Shown here piece by piece: positions 19,947 through 30,098 of a DNA stretch of 64,000 nucleotides. The notes under the pieces are model-generated. The model was not told the DNA's origin and made no database searches. It was given only the letters and a program-made list of their open reading frames with translations. Made by a program: the position numbers and the translations under genes. This DNA is from an uncultured Gemmatimonadaceae bacterium (lineage in GTDB: Bacteria > Gemmatimonadota > Gemmatimonadetes > Gemmatimonadales > Gemmatimonadaceae): positions 3,328,001 through 3,392,000 of the forward strand of contig CAVXGK010000002.1 of NCBI GenBank assembly GCA_963761305.1, in the 5' to 3' direction. Numbering within the stretch: the stretch's first letter is position 1; the number at the start of each line of letters is the position of its first letter.

Positions 19947-19983
19947 AACAAAAAACGGAGCGGGGGAGAATGCTCCCCCGCTC
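19947..19983 (-). terminator. Rho-independent terminator downstream of the peptide genes
   Basis: Perfect 11-bp stem GAGCGGGGGAG/CTCCCCCGCTC with 4-nt loop, followed on the minus strand by CGTTTTTTG. Confidence 0.85.
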
Positions 19984-20014
19984 GCCGCCTGCCGTTAAAG
20001 CCGGTTCTGTGGCT

Positions 20015-20161
20015 CTAAAGAATCCGCGTCGGGGCGATTCGCTCTTCGAGCTCGCTGACCGTCAGCTCGATCGCCTCGACGTCCTTGCCAGTCTCCTTCT
20101 TCACGACCTGCTTCTGGGTGTTCGTGAGGTCGATCCGGACGATGTCTTTTTCCTTGCTCAT
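20015..20161 (-). CDS. 48-aa putative precursor peptide 2 (MSKEKDIVRIDLTNTQKQVVKKETGKDVEAIELTVSELEERIAPTRIL)
   Basis: Translated by hand (below the ORF track cutoff); upstream TATGAAGGTGC element shared with peptide 1; mostly synonymous differences from its paralogue. Confidence 0.9.
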   Translation of the reverse strand: MSKEKDIVRIDLTNTQKQVVKKETGKDVEAIELTVSELEERIAPTRIL

Positions 20162-20256
20162 GGAGGCACCTTCATATGGAAGTGTGGGGGGGACTGGAAT
20201 GCTGTGACCAGACGACGAATCGAGACTTCCGAGGCATTAAAGCCTGTTTTGCAGCC

Positions 20257-20403
20257 TTAAAACACCACTCTCGGGGCGATTCGCTCCTCGAGCTCGCTGA
20301 CGGTCAGTTCGATCGCTTCGGCGTCCTTCCCCGTCTCCTTCTTCACGACCTGCTTCTGGGTGTTCGTCAGGTCGATCCGGACGATCTCTTTCTCTTTGCT
20401 CAT
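20257..20403 (-). CDS. 48-aa putative precursor peptide 1 (MSKEKEIVRIDLTNTQKQVVKKETGKDAEAIELTVSELEERIAPRVVF)
   Basis: 3' end of track ORF 20257..20706; RBS-like GAAGGTG before ATG 20403; paralogue of 20015..20161. Confidence 0.9.
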   Translation of the reverse strand: MSKEKEIVRIDLTNTQKQVVKKETGKDAEAIELTVSELEERIAPRVVF

Positions 20404-20459
20404 GGTCGCACCTTCATATAGAAGACGGTGGGGATGGACTGCTTCTTTCAACGGATGAG

Positions 20460-20513
20460 ATGGTACTTCCGGTCCGTGAATGGGGCGTGAATCTTCAGGT
20501 GGCGATCGTGAAT
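20460..20513 (-). promoter_or_regulatory. Putative SARP-activated promoter of the peptide genes
   Basis: Three exact heptamers (plus-strand CGTGAAT at 20475, 20486, 20507) and a TACCAT -10-like box 9 nt downstream on the minus strand. Confidence 0.65.
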
Positions 20514-20557
20514 TTCGTTCCCCCCAGGGGCCGTACCACCTTCTAGCCGGAGCGACT

Positions 20558-22738
20558 TTGCCCGCGCTGTCACTCACGTTGTGCGGTCGCGTCGCGGCGG
20601 CACTCGACGGGACCCAGCTGCCGGCGGCTGCGCTCAGCAACAAGAGCCTGGCACTCCTCGCCTTCCTTACACTCGAGCCAGGGCCGCACAGCCGAGACGA
20701 GGTCACGGCGCTTCTCTGGGGTGACTACCCGGACGAGAAGGCCCGCACCTCACTCCGACAGGCGCTCTCCCATCTCCGCGACATAGTCGGCGACTCCATT
20801 CACACCGACCGGACGTCGCTGGCGCTCGTGGCCGAGCCGGACAGCGACGTTCGCAGATTCCTCGCCGCCGCCGATGTCTCTCCGCGCGAAGCCGCCGAGG
20901 TCGACATCCCGCATTTCCTCGCGGGACTCCAGCTCAGACATTCGTCGGGATTCGAGGAGTGGGCGGACGAGAAGCGGCAGTCGCTGCTTCGCCGGTACAC
21001 CAGTGTGCTGGCCGCGACGATTCGCGAGTCGATCGCCGGCAGCCGGTGGCGCGACGCCGTACGCGCCGCCGAGCGTTGGGTCTCGATCGACGCGTTCTCC
21101 GCCGACGCCACGCTCGCGCTGATGGAATCACAATTCCTCTCGGGCAATCGCGCGGCGGCGTTGCAAGCGCTCGCCGACCATCGGTCGCGTCTTGCCTGCG
21201 GCGATCGTCCCGATCAACGACTCGCCGACCTCGCGCAGCGCATCGAGGACGCGCGGCTGAGCGGCGAAGTCCGGCGCCCAGCCACCGAAGCGTGGTACTC
21301 GACGTCGCCGTCGTTCTATGGAAGTCTCATCGGACGCGAGAGCGAATGGGATCGGCTCCGTGCGACGTGGCGGCAAGTCTTGCAGGGCAAGCCGCGGGTC
21401 GTTCTCATCGAGGGTGAGTCGGGCGTCGGAAAGTCCCGGCTTGCCGGCGACTTCACGCGGTGGGTGACGGCCGAAGGCGGCACGGTGCTGCGCGGGCACG
21501 GATTCGACGTGCGCGTCGGCCTTCCGTTCGGCGCGATGATCGAAGCGCTGCGTTCGGGGATCGATGCGCCGGGACTGAGCGGCACCGATCCACAATGGCT
21601 GGCCGAGATAGCGCGCGTCGTGCCGGAGCTCAAACAACGCTTTGTGGGTCTGCCCGAGATCGCCCCCGCGTCGACGGCCGACAGTTGGCGCTTGTTCGAG
21701 GGAATCGCGCAGATGCTTCTCGCGATCTCCGAAGAGACGCCGGTCACCGTGCTGATCGACGACGTGCAATGGTGCGACGCCGACAGTTGCGCGCTGCTCC
21801 ATTTTCTCGTGCGCAAACTGGAGAAGGCCGCCGTGCTCTGGTGCGTCACCTTCGCTCCCGGCGCCGTCGAGCGCGACGCGGCGGCCGCGCGATGGGTGCG
21901 CGCGCTGCGCGGCTCGCCGGCGTGCGAGGTGATCGCGCTCCGCCCGTTGACCGACGACGAAGTGTGGCAGCTCGTGCATGGACTCGGCCGAGTGAGCGCG
22001 CCGGCCGACGCCCGCCGTCTCGCGTCACGAATCTTTGAAGTGACCGCCGGCTATCCGTTCTACATCGTCGAGCTGCTCAAGACGCTCTTTGCGCAGGGTT
22101 GGCTGACGGTCGACCCGGAAACCGGAGAGTGGATCGTGCGCGCGACCGACGGGCGTGACGAGCCGTCGCTCGTGCTATCGGTTCACGAAGCGATCGCCGA
22201 GCGGATCGAGTGCCTTCCGGATGACCTCAAGGACGTGCTGATCACCGTCGCCGTGTCGACGCGAGGATGCCGCACGGACATCCTCTCACACGTCCACGGC
22301 ATCTCACGTCTGCGCGCGGCGGCGATCGGAGATGGACTGGTCGAACGACATCTGGTCGTCGAGGACAACGGCGCCTATCGCTGCGCGCACCCGGTGATCG
22401 GGCGCGTGATGGTCGACGAGCTCGGGACGTCGCGCAAGCGCGAAGTCCATCGCGGACTCGCGCTGGCGATGGAGCTCGTGGGTTCGCAGCAGCGCGAGTT
22501 CTCCGACCACGGCGAGATCGCGCGGCATGCGGAGCAAGCCGGTGAGCGAGGCATGGCCTATCGCTTTGCGATGCAAGCCGTCGAGGCGTGCGAGCGCCGA
22601 TTCGCGTTCGACGAAGCACTCGGCTGGCTCGACTTCGCGTCCGCCGTGGCGGCGACGTCCAGCGAAGCCGACGCCGTGAATCGCGCGACCGCGCAGATGT
22701 TCGAGATCTCCGACCGTCGCGAGATCTCGAGCCGCTAG
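20558..22738 (+). CDS. SARP/AfsR-like regulator: winged HTH + BTAD + AAA ATPase
   Basis: LALLAFL..SRDEVTALLW..ARTSLRQALSHLR; FEEWADEKR; Walker A GESGVGKS, Walker B LIDDVQWCD; probable TTG start at 20558 after GGAG. Confidence 0.9.
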   Translation: MPALSLTLCGRVAAALDGTQLPAAALSNKSLALLAFLTLEPGPHSRDEVTALLWGDYPDEKARTSLRQALSHLRDIVGDSIHTDRTSLALVAEPDSDVRRFLAAADVSPREAAEVDIPHFLAGLQLRHSSGFEEWADEKRQSLLRRYTSVLAATIRESIAGSRWRDAVRAAERWVSIDAFSADATLALMESQFLSGNRAAALQALADHRSRLACGDRPDQRLADLAQRIEDARLSGEVRRPATEAWYSTSPSFYGSLIGRESEWDRLRATWRQVLQGKPRVVLIEGESGVGKSRLAGDFTRWVTAEGGTVLRGHGFDVRVGLPFGAMIEALRSGIDAPGLSGTDPQWLAEIARVVPELKQRFVGLPEIAPASTADSWRLFEGIAQMLLAISEETPVTVLIDDVQWCDADSCALLHFLVRKLEKAAVLWCVTFAPGAVERDAAAARWVRALRGSPACEVIALRPLTDDEVWQLVHGLGRVSAPADARRLASRIFEVTAGYPFYIVELLKTLFAQGWLTVDPETGEWIVRATDGRDEPSLVLSVHEAIAERIECLPDDLKDVLITVAVSTRGCRTDILSHVHGISRLRAAAIGDGLVERHLVVEDNGAYRCAHPVIGRVMVDELGTSRKREVHRGLALAMELVGSQQREFSDHGEIARHAEQAGERGMAYRFAMQAVEACERRFAFDEALGWLDFASAVAATSSEADAVNRATAQMFEISDRREISSR

Positions 22739-22757
22739 CGGTCGCGCGGAACGCGCC

Positions 22758-25700
22758 TTACTTCACGCCGGCCGGAACTTTGATGGTCACTCCGTATTTA
22801 GCGAGCGCCTGACTCACCGCGCTTGCCTTGCCAAGGAACGCGTTGCCATCCGCGACCGCCTTTGGCAGCGCGATCTTGACGTCGCTGTACTGACGTACCG
22901 ACGCCGCGCTCGGCGCTTCCCACACGCCGGCGAGCTGCGTCTTTAGCGTCGACGTGCGAGCGAGCACGTTCTCGGGATCCACAGCGCCACCGCGACCGCC
23001 CCCCCACCGCCGCGGCCGCCAGCGCCTGCGTTGGTCGGCACGCCGAACTTCTTGCGGATCGCATCGAACTCCTTGTTCAGGGACTCGAACTGCGTTTTCA
23101 CATTGGCGGGTATGTCGCTCTTCTCGCCCACGGATTTCGCGGCGGCCTCCATCTGCGGGTAGAGCGAGTTGAGCGCCGTCGCCATCGCGACGCCTCGACG
23201 CTGGATCGCGTGCAGATCGGTGACGATCGCGTTGTAACGCTCGTGCTCACCCGGAGCGAAGTGGACGTCCGGGTCGAATACGAGCTTGATCGGCTTCGAG
23301 TCGAGCATTTTCGCGCCTGACATCAGCGCGACAGTGTACGTGCCAGGCATCACGTACGGCGCTGGCCCGCCGAGCCCACCACCGCCGCCGAAACCGCCCC
23401 CCCCGCCCCCACCCCCGCGACCTGCCGCCGCCGAGCTGTCAGTCGGCGTCGAGCACGGATTCACCGGCAGGTATCCGGCGCTCGGCACGGGCTGCGGGAC
23501 TCCGGGCGCAGCCGGACCGCCGCGGCCTCCTCTGCCTCCACCGCCGCCGCCGCCGCCGCGTCCACCACGACCGCCACCGGCTGCTTCCGAGTCCACCGGC
23601 GCCGTGATCGGCTCGCCGCGCATGTCCCAGCACGCAGTTTGAATTCCAGGTTGTGACTTCGTGCTCGGAATCTTCACTGTGCGCACGGTCTTGCCGGCGG
23701 CGTCGTTCACGCGCAGTGAGAGATCGTCCATCGGCGACTTGAGGAAATACTGGACGACCGCCTCGTTGGGCGGGTTCTCGCCGAGGAAGTATTGGTGGCC
23801 CCAGAACTCGTCGTTCCGGTCGTCCTTCGTCTTCCATTCGAGCGCCGCCGGCACGGTGAAGAGCTTCGCGTCGGCCGACTGCGCCGCATTGTATTCCTGA
23901 ATCGGTTCGAGGTGGTCGAACATCCACAGCGCGCGGCCGTGCGTCGCGACGAGCATCGCGTTGTCGCGCGGATGCAGCGTGATCTCGTCCACGCGCACCG
24001 TGGGCAGATTCGCCTGGAGACGTGCCCAGCTTTTGCCGCGGTCGAATGAGATCAGGATTCCGGTTTCGGTGCCGAGGTAGAGCACGTCGCGATTGCGCTG
24101 ATCCTCGGTGAACGTCTTGACGACGTCGCTCTGGAGGTTGTCCGAGAGCGAATGGAACGTCGCGCCGAAGTCCGTGCTCACCCACACGTACGGCTTGAAG
24201 TCGTCGAGCCGGTGATTGTCGATCGTCACGTAAACCGTGCCGGCGTCGTACGCGGACGGGGCGACTTTGCTGACCCATCCGCCGACGGGCGCGCCCGGCA
24301 GATTCTTCGTGATGTTCTGCCAACTCTTGCCGGCGTCGCGCGACACGTACAGCAGCCCGTCGTCGCTCCCCGTGTAGTAGACGCCCCGCTGCTTCGGTGA
24401 CTCGGCGAGCGTGACGATCGCCGGCCACTGCGACACGCCGTCGTCGCGCGAGATGTGGATGTCGGAGCCCTTGAGCCCCATCGTGACGATCGTGTCGCGG
24501 TTCGCGTTCGACGTGAGATCAGGACTGATCACCGTCCACGAGTCGCCACGGTCGTGCGACACGAAGACACGATTCGCCGCGACGATCAGCTCGCCGGGAT
24601 CGTTCGGCGAGATGATCATCGGCGTGTCCCACTCCCAGCGGAACGCCTCGCCAGGCTTCGGTGCCGGCGTCACGTTGAGCGCGTTCGGACGGATCTGCTT
24701 CGACTCGCCGGTGACCGTGTGTCGCCGGATGATGTTGCCGTCCTGCGTCTCGCTGTAGATCCAGTGCGAGTCCTTCTTGTCGGGAATCGCGACGAAGCCG
24801 TCGCCGCCCTGAATCTGGATACCAGTCCGAGCTCATGATGCCGTTTGCGAACCGCGACGCGCTCGGGCCGCACCAGTCGTAGTTGTCCTGCATGCCGCCG
24901 CAGACGTTGAACGGATACGCCATGTCGTAGCCGACATGGTAGAACAGTCCGACCGGAAGGTTGGCGAAGAAGTTCCACGTCTTGGCGCCGTCGTACGACA
25001 CGCTCACGCCGCCGTCGTCGCCGATCATCATGTGATCGGAGTTATTCGGATCGAGCCAGATCGCGTGCATGTCGTCGTGCGCGACGAGGGATGCCTGGCC
25101 TTCCGTGGTTTTTCCGCCGTCGATCGTGAGCTACATCTTCACGCCGCCCTGGAAGACGCGGTCCGGATTGCTCGGATCGACGCGCACCTGGCTGAAGTAG
25201 AGCGGCCGCGGATTTGTCGAGCTCACCTTGTGCCACGTCGCGCCCCCGTCGTCAGAGCGATAGAGCCCACTTTCCCCGGCCTCCGCGGCGCCGCCGCGGC
25301 CACCGCGGCCACCCGCCGCGGCAGTCGTGTCACCAGTCTCCGGATTGACGCCGCCGCGCCCACCACGGCCGGCCGCCGGCGCCGGAGCTTCGATAGATGC
25401 GTACACGACGTTGCCGTTCTTGCGATACATGTCGAGTCCGACACGGCCCAAGGGTCCCGCTGGCAATCCATTAGCAAGGCGCGTCCAGGTGTCACCGCCG
25501 TCGATCGATTTCCAAACTCCGCTCCCCGGACCGCCGCCGTTCACACAGCACGCCGTGCGGCGCCGCTGGTACGTCGACGCGTAGATCGTCTTCGGGTCGG
25601 TGTACGACATCGCGAGGTCATTCGCGCCAGTCTCGTCGTCGACGAAGAGCACGCGCTTCCAGGTCTTACCGCCATCGGTCGTCTTGTAGACGCCACGGTC

Positions 25701-26222
25701 GCCGCCCGGTCCGAAGATCGAGCCGACCGCCGCGACGAGCACGACGTCGTCGTTGCTCGGATCGATCAGGATGCGATTGATGTGCTTCGAGTCCTTGAGC
25801 CCGACGTTCGCGAACGTCTTGCCGCCGTCGGTGGACTTCCATACGCCGTCGCCCCACGACGTCGTCTGCCGATTGTTCGCTTCGCCGCTGCCGACCCAAA
25901 TGACGTTGGGGTTCTGCTGCGACACGGTGACGTCGCCGATGGAGAGCAGACCCTTGTTCTGCAAGAGCGGCGTGAACGTGGCGCCGTTGCTCGTCGTCTT
26001 CCAAACGCCGCCGTGCGCGGTGCCCACATACCATATGGATGTGTTCTTCTCGTACACGGCGAAGTCGGAGATGCGCCCCGACATGATCGCCGGTCCGATG
26101 GACCGGAAGTGGAGCTTGTCGAACTGTTGCGCGACGGGCCCGACGGCCTGCCCAAACGCGAGATGACTTGCGACGGTGACGACGGCGGCCGGCAGTCCGA
26201 CACGGCGCACGAGGCGAAACAT
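22758..26222 (-). pseudogene. BNR/VPS10-type glycosyl hydrolase-like protein, interrupted (in-frame TAG at 25131-25133, frameshifts near 24815 and 22990)
   Basis: FRSIGPAIMSGRISD start, many SxDGGxTW Asp-boxes, GGMQDN, ATHGRALW spread over four consecutive reading frames. Confidence 0.85.
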
Positions 26223-26433
26223 TGACGCTCCGGGCAACGGTTGTGAGGTGCGAGGATTCTAGCGCGCGCGACGGTCCGCGGCGAGCCGCCCTCGGAGGAA
26301 GGGTCCACTCAGAGCAGCACCAGCCAACCCATGCCTGACGACGCCCGCACGGCGACCGTACATTTTGGCTGCCGGACACTTGGCTCCCCCTCGCTCGCCT
26401 GTCCCCGTGATCGAACGACGACGTTCTCACGCG

Positions 26434-27117
26434 TCTGACATCCTCGCCGACCGCTATCGCATCGATCGCGAGTCTCGAGGCGCAATTCACGCGCGTCATC
26501 CATTAACCGCTCGGCCTTCCGCCGTCACTATGGGGCGTTTGCTACGGCTGCCGCGTAAACGGCAGCGAGCCGCTTCGCCCGCGGAGCCGGGCTAGGGGTG
26601 TCGGGGCTTCCGCCGCGAACGCCTTGCGCAATTCCACCCGAGAATGTCCGATTCACGTTCCACGATGAAGGCCGGGTTCAACGTGGTGATGCGCAAGATG
26701 GGCGGCGCCACCGTGAACATTCCACTCGTGGCGACGGTGGCGAACGAGTACGCGGCGCGCTTCTCGCCCGTCGGACACTGGCTCGCCTATACGTCGGACG
26801 AGTCGGGCCGCGCCGAAGTGTACACGCGGCCATTTCCAGCGAACGGTCCGCGCGTTCAGATCTCGACCGACGGCGGCAACCAGGCCGTCTGGTCCGGTGA
26901 TTCGCGACGAATCTTCTATCGCAATGGCTTGGCGTTCATGGCCGCTGATGTCGCGGCGTCCGGCAACTCGCTGTCTGTCACGGCGCGACGCAAGCCGTTC
27001 GAGGGGAGCTACTACGGCGCAGACCCCGCGGCGCTCCGCGCCACGTACGATGTAACGCCGGACGGACACAATTTCCTCGTCGGCCGCGCCATCGGGGAAG
27101 GCGGCGAGGAGATCATC
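26434..27117 (+). pseudogene. Deleted Ser/Thr kinase-PD40 gene: N-terminal remnant and C-terminal propeller remnant
   Basis: SDILADRYRIDRE at about 26434-26472; RFSPVGHWLAYTSDESGRAEVY...TYDVTPDG at 26644-27117, after which homology stops. Confidence 0.7.
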
Positions 27118-27632
27118 TCGGGGTGCTCGTCGATCATTGAGAGAATAAGGCTAGCGGCTGGGACTGTTTCGCAGAGAGCCGAGGCCGTAATGCCGACCCT
27201 ATCGACAATACTGCACTCGCGGAGGATTGTCCCACCCCGGAACCTGGGTACTCCGCACTTTACCTCGTCTTGAGGTACAAGCGTCGCAGCCCGGCGACGA
27301 GGTTGGCGAGAAAGACCTCGAACGTCTCACCGCGTTCTGGCAACCAACGCGCCGCCGCGCCTGACGCCGTCGGCTAGGCCAGTACGACGCCGAAGCCCGG
27401 CGAGATGAGATCTCGCCGGACTTGGTTGGCCTTCACCTGTCAACGGGACAGCGCGGTTACGGTGAAGGCAGCGCGCCGGGGAGCTGGATCCAGCGGCCAG
27501 TGCCAAGATTGCCAACCTGACTAACCGGCTGTTGCTGAAGTCTCGCTAGAAGCGCGCCCAAGGCCGCGTGCGCGGCTGGCTTCAAGGGGAACTTCGGGAC
27601 GGCTCCGGTGATGCTGGCCACCTGATTGGAGG

Positions 27633-27911
27633 TTAGCGTCGGGTACCTTGCTCGCAGATGCCGAAGAAGTGCAAGCCCGCCGCAAGCATCTCGGGCGTCG
27701 CCGTTCGCCGACTAAGCACCACGAGATCCGGTTGTTGCGCGTGACCAGAGCGCATCGCCAGGCCGCCGGCCGCCGACGATGGAAATGCATCGACGATTGC
27801 GACCACTACGGGGCCGGACGCAGCGGTACTCTGGGAACTCAAGCGATGCGTGTTGCCGATTGTCATCAAGCTCAATGCAGCGATCAGGGCTGCGGCTCTC
27901 GCGTGCAGCAT
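27633..27911 (-). CDS. Small secreted hypothetical protein
   Basis: Signal-peptide-like N-terminus; GGAGGT RBS upstream. Confidence 0.55.
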   Translation of the reverse strand: MLHARAAALIAALSLMTIGNTHRLSSQSTAASGPVVVAIVDAFPSSAAGGLAMRSGHAQQPDLVVLSRRTATPEMLAAGLHFFGICEQGTRR

Positions 27912-27944
27912 GAGTCGATACCTCCGGGTGAAATGGTAGAAGTG

Positions 27945-28687
27945 TTATTCTGCGAATTCTTGACACGAATAGTCATCCGAGCCGACGAAGTTGCCCTCGT
28001 CGTCGTAGTAGTCGATCCACGTGCACTCCACCCAATCACCACCATCCTCGTAGCCGTCGGATCCTCCCTGCTGTGTGCATGCGTTCTGTGAAAAATTGTT
28101 CGAGCTGGACGTGGTCTGATCGCCCCACGACGTACTGCCCCAGCTGTGCCACACGTGCCCGCTGCCCGAACCGTTGGCCGTGTACCGCAATCTCCGCTAA
28201 CGCCGAGAGTGGCACTCGCCGAAAGGGAGTTCGACCACGGGAAAAAATCACTCTCCGAGGCCGAATTGCTCTGAGACCCGACTGCGGAGTTATTGAACAC
28301 CAAGCTGAGGTTCGCCGTTGTTGACCCGTTGTTGGCGAAATAGCTCATGCTGGTCGTCGAATACGCCCCCGGCCCAGTTGCGATACCGACATCCAGATAG
28401 AACGAACTGATCGATGGTGCTTCGTCGAATTCCGATGGCGGAGTATCATTCGCCTGCGCGCCGCTCGAGGGCAGTTGTGGCCTGTTCAGACCTGCACTTG
28501 CGCCAGTCCCCCCGTGCTGGGCGGCGACAACAGTCGCCGATCGCGTTGGGTTACGGTCGAACACGCCCAGTGGCACGGTTACCCGAAGGTCGGTCGGTGC
28601 CGTTGTCGGCGGAGCGGTGGCTTCACCGCAGCCAATCAAGAGCAGAACTGACGCACCACACACGAAACCGCGAGAAATCGAACGCAT
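27945..28687 (-). CDS. Ser/Gly-rich lipoprotein with acidic Cys-containing C-terminus (frameshift near 28185)
   Basis: Lipobox LLIGC, AGGAGG RBS; continues in the second frame as YTANGSGSGHVW...CTWIDYYDDEGNFVGSDDYSCQEFAE. Confidence 0.65.
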
Positions 28688-28729
28688 TGCGCCTCCTAGA
28701 GTTGAAGGGTTGTGGCCACTGGGGCACCG

Positions 28730-30055
28730 CTAGTCAGTCGGGGCCCTAGTGCAATCGAGGTGATAGCGAACTATCAAACTCTGAACGACCGGCCCTGTGC
28801 CTGTGCGATCGACGATGGGGCCGGCCAGCAGAAAATCGGTGACGGAGATGCGAGCAGCGATGACTGGTCCTTCAAACGGGTTCGCGGTCGCGCCAATCAT
28901 CTCAACCCCGGAAGAGTCGCGTTGATACATGCGTAGCTGGAACGTCGGAGGCGATAGAGAGACATGGGCCGCTATCCAAATCGGACCCAAATCCGACAAG
29001 ACGACCTGACTCAACTCACTGACGCTGGAGTCGATGACGATACTCTGAACCTCCGCAGCGGAATCGCGCCCGACGAATGCGCGCGCCTCCCAACGTGTAC
29101 TCCCCTGGGTAGAGACGGGCGAAATCCAGCCAGCGACAAGTTGATCGCCCCACCGATCCAGGTGTGGCCGATGCACCGGCGACGTGGAGCCCTTAACGAG
29201 TCGGTGAAACACGTTCCAGCTCGGCGGGCGATCATACAAAAAGAGACTGTTGTTGTCGCTGCCTACCGCCGTCGCCGCGCGGACCACCGCTAGCCGGAGA
29301 GTCCCGTTGAGTCCCGGTGCGACGCTGGTATAGGCAACAGACGCCGCGTGGACGGAATCGCGTTGCCAGGACCCGGTGCGGCCGCGGAAAACAATGACAT
29401 TGCTCGATGATGGATCTCGTAAGACTGGAACGGCGAACGACAGCTCATCTCCGATGCGCACCAACTCAGAGGTGGCACTCGACTGGATCCGGCCAGGGCC
29501 CGCAGGGGGCAGCGTCTCTAGAGCGTGCCAACCAAACTGGTCGACGACTCCATGCCACAGACGAACCACCGGCGGCGGATCGGGGTGCCGCGGTCCCGCG
29601 GCCAGTTCGGAGAAGACAACGTCCCACTCACGCCCGTTCGACAACGCGCGTACGTCCGCATAGGACGACACGCCGGGCGGCGGCGCAATCACAATCGCCG
29701 GCATGCCTGGTTTCAGAACGACCCCAAAGAGGCTGTCTGTCGAGGAAACCCACGCTCCGTTGCCACGCGACTTGGACCAGACATAAGTCGGCTCTCCCAC
29801 AACCAAGACGCGACCATCTGGCACCGGCGACACTGCTTGTGGCTCGACGTAAATGGCCTGTCCAGTCTCGGTCAGGGAAAGCGCTTGGCGAGATTGCTCC
29901 GCGACAGTACATGCCCGAACCCGTGAGTCCGTCGCTGAGGCCGCGGCGATCATCAATGGGAAAGCAAAGCATAGAAGGGCGAACCCCGCACGCCATCGCA
30001 CGTTTCCATCAGCTATTGGCATTGTGTTTTGGATTGAGTGATCAACAATCGGCAA
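28730..30055 (-). CDS. Secreted hypothetical protein, possibly beta-propeller
   Basis: 441-aa ORF with signal-like segment and beta-rich pattern; start uncertain. Confidence 0.55.
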   Translation of the reverse strand: MPIVDHSIQNTMPIADGNVRWRAGFALLCFAFPLMIAAASATDSRVRACTVAEQSRQALSLTETGQAIYVEPQAVSPVPDGRVLVVGEPTYVWSKSRGNGAWVSSTDSLFGVVLKPGMPAIVIAPPPGVSSYADVRALSNGREWDVVFSELAAGPRHPDPPPVVRLWHGVVDQFGWHALETLPPAGPGRIQSSATSELVRIGDELSFAVPVLRDPSSSNVIVFRGRTGSWQRDSVHAASVAYTSVAPGLNGTLRLAVVRAATAVGSDNNSLFLYDRPPSWNVFHRLVKGSTSPVHRPHLDRWGDQLVAGWISPVSTQGSTRWEARAFVGRDSAAEVQSIVIDSSVSELSQVVLSDLGPIWIAAHVSLSPPTFQLRMYQRDSSGVEMIGATANPFEGPVIAARISVTDFLLAGPIVDRTGTGPVVQSLIVRYHLDCTRAPTD

Positions 30056-30098
30056 TCTGTGATTCTAAATGTGCACCGCCGAGTCGCCGAACCGGGTC

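Noticed and set aside
20257..20706. 149-aa version of peptide 1 from the ORF track
   Set aside because: The extension overlaps the divergent regulator and promoter; the paralogue and shared RBS fix the start at 20403
23380..23580. Gly/Arg-rich GGRGG tracts in the glycosyl hydrolase as a separate element
   Set aside because: Low-complexity in-frame linkers, also present elsewhere in the same gene
25131..25133. In-frame TAG (and TGA at 30814) as pyrrolysine/selenocysteine or stop-codon reassignment
   Set aside because: TAG and TGA terminate many ordinary genes here, the same gene also has frameshifts, and single C-to-T changes explain both
27519..27640. CTAAC...GTTAG pair after the 27633..27911 gene resembling an attC site
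   Set aside because: Both boxes deviate from consensus, internal complementarity is poor and it is a single instance
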